The notes under the pieces are model-generated. The model did not search any database. It saw nothing but the letters and a program-made list of their open reading frames with translations, and was not told where the DNA came from. The position numbers and the translations under genes are program-made. Of a stretch of 64,000 bases of DNA, positions 61,877 to 64,000 are shown piece by piece; the stretch's first letter is position 1, and each line of letters begins with the position of its first letter. The stretch lies in assembly GCA_964252035.1 (NCBI GenBank), contig OZ176209.1, one strand, 5' to 3'. The DNA comes from Podarcis erhardii (Eukaryota).

Positions 61877-64000
61877 TAGTCACAGTTTAGTGCCATGGGA
61901 TTAACTGAAAGTATGTAGGGTATTCCCAAACCTGCTGGTAATAGGTAATCCATGGAATGAGTTCCAACATTGTTCAGTGAAGGTTGGTGTAGCTACAATA
62001 CTAGGCAGCATTCTTTTATTTCCTTCTTTGCCACAATTACACAATGAACCTCTTCATGCAAACAACAGGTCCCTATTTCCCTAGTCACTCAACTTCTTCC
62101 TTTCTCTGCATCAAAATATTAACTTCCTTCCTAATTTTTTTGTTTTTTTACCCACCCTTCATCATGAGGTCCCAGAGCAGGTCACAGCAGCTTAACGATA
62201 CCATACTAATTTCAGTAGAAACAAATGAACTATCAAGACAATATGGTGGTTCCTAGAAATATCTCTCTCTGGTGTCAAAGGTCAAAGTAATGAGGTACTT
62301 CTGAATACCAGTTGCTGGTATTGTGCCAGTTCCAGGATGCTCGACTAGATGACCTTTTAAAATGTGGGGTTTGGGAGGGTATTGGGTTGTTGTTTTTATT
62401 TTGATTATGTATTTTGTGGTTTATATTTTTATTTTATTCTGTGAAGTGCCCTGAAATATGCAGGTATAGGGCGGTATATTATTGATGATGATAATGATGA
62501 TGATGATAGATGGGCCAGGATCAGGATGATAGATGAGCAGGATCAGGCCCCTCCCACGTATCTTCAGCATATGATGAAAAACTACAAAATGAGGAGCCAG
62601 ACCATGGTTTAGGGACTGGCGTAGAGCATGCCCTTCCCCTATTCAAAACATTCATGGATAAGTCCAACCATTAAAAACAAATGCATTTGTAAAAGAAATC
62701 AGCAGCAAAAACATTAGAAAAGGACAACAGTATGGAGCTATCACACCTCCATATCCAAGAAAACCTTAAGAAAACAAGGACACATTTTTTTAAAAAATCA
62801 AATGCTGAACTAGATAGGCTGATTGAGATAGCCACTATAGCAGCATGAGGGATGATGCTGGCACTCATTTTTTTTGCCATCATTCATGGCTGTTTCACAA
62901 ATTTACAAAAATCTGACAAGGAAAACTCTTCCTTCTATATGGGGGAGGCGAGAGGAGGAAAATATAGGTTGTTGTTAGAGCATCACAATTGACTTCCAAG
63001 TTATTATCTTCATGCAAATTATGTTATTATTGTTTTCATTTTTTTTTCACTTGTCAGTGAGCAAAGCAGCCCATAATGTTAAAAAGGCAGAATGTGCCTC
63101 ATGACCCTCCTCATTCCTTCGATGAGACAGTAACAGGAGAAAAGAATTGGGATTCTAATTTAAAGCTTTTTGCACAGTTCCTGCACTATAGGACTCTGTT
63201 AAAGTGTCAGAAAGAATAATAATACCAACAAAGCATAAGAGATAAAATAGTAAAACATACCCAAAATTATCAAAGCTGCCTTCTAACTCTTTATGTCTGT
63301 GATGTGTAAAAATGATTAAAGAAGATGCACAACACCCTCATTTGATGGGTTTTTACACCTGTTCATTTGTCCTCTATATCTCATTTCCACACTGCCTCTC
63401 ACAGGTAATTTCAGTTTCTGTCAATCTGCTGTCATCTCCCCTAGAGTTGATGGGGATAACGGTGAGATCCTGTATAGGCTGGATGCATAATACACAGCTG
63501 GTTGCCTGCTTTTTTGACACCTGTCCTCAGAGGGAAAGATGACTTTCTTGTTCAGGGCTACTTTAGATTTGTGCCACAAAGCTGACTTGGGAGTTTTGTG
63601 TGTCCATATTTTCATGCCATAAATGTTTACATTGCATTTAGAGCTGACTTGAAATTTCTTGGGGGAGTTTTTTTTTTAAATAAAATTCATCTTTTTCTCA
63701 CTACCCACCTCCAAAAATAAGCAAACAACCTGCAGACATTTTGCCAAATGCTCTCTAAATATTTTTGTGTCAACTGTCATTCTTCTCTGCAATGTTCTGT
63801 AATAACATTAGATCTGGGGCACTGTGAAAAATGAAAAATGGTTGCCATACTACCAGTCCAGTAAGGTACAGTCATCATGTTTTGTTTAATTTTTCTCAGG
63901 GGTTGACAAGGCCTGTTTTGTTTTTAACTGTGAACAGTTAGTTTTCATTCAAATTGGTCATTGAAAACATCAATAATTTGATATTTGAGTTTGTTTTCCT

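Overview
Eukaryotic window from a squamate reptile, most likely a lacertid lizard (inferred from Sauria/Squam SINE types and the peptide sequences). Two genes can be fully reconstructed from splice signals and translation. MGAT4C lies on the + strand with three coding exons (3773-3922, 8040-8187, 10374-11530; 484 aa). The neurotensin/neuromedin N precursor NTS lies convergently on the - strand with four coding exons (47283-47214, 42731-42670, 36188-35961, 34487-34341; 168 aa), a TATA/CRE promoter and two poly(A) signals. This matches the vertebrate MGAT4C-NTS-RASSF9 synteny, but RASSF9 exon 1 is not visible and may lie in the 165-N gap or beyond the window. The rest is intronic or intergenic DNA rich in CR1, L2, Rex1/Babar and Penelope-like retroelement fragments, SINEs, Tigger/Tc2/hAT MITEs and microsatellites. 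Most notable observations: a Penelope-type minimal hammerhead ribozyme about 1 kb upstream of NTS in the divergent orientation, a 5'-inverted (twin-priming-like) Sauria SINE, a perfect 61-bp inverted repeat, a hAT MITE carrying a CpG-island-like cargo, a variant neuromedin N (KTPYIL), and a sense-oriented Rex1/Babar 3' end with AATAAA in NTS intron 3. No firmly novel system is demonstrated; these are testable leads. Database searches could not be run, so family names rest on recalled motifs.
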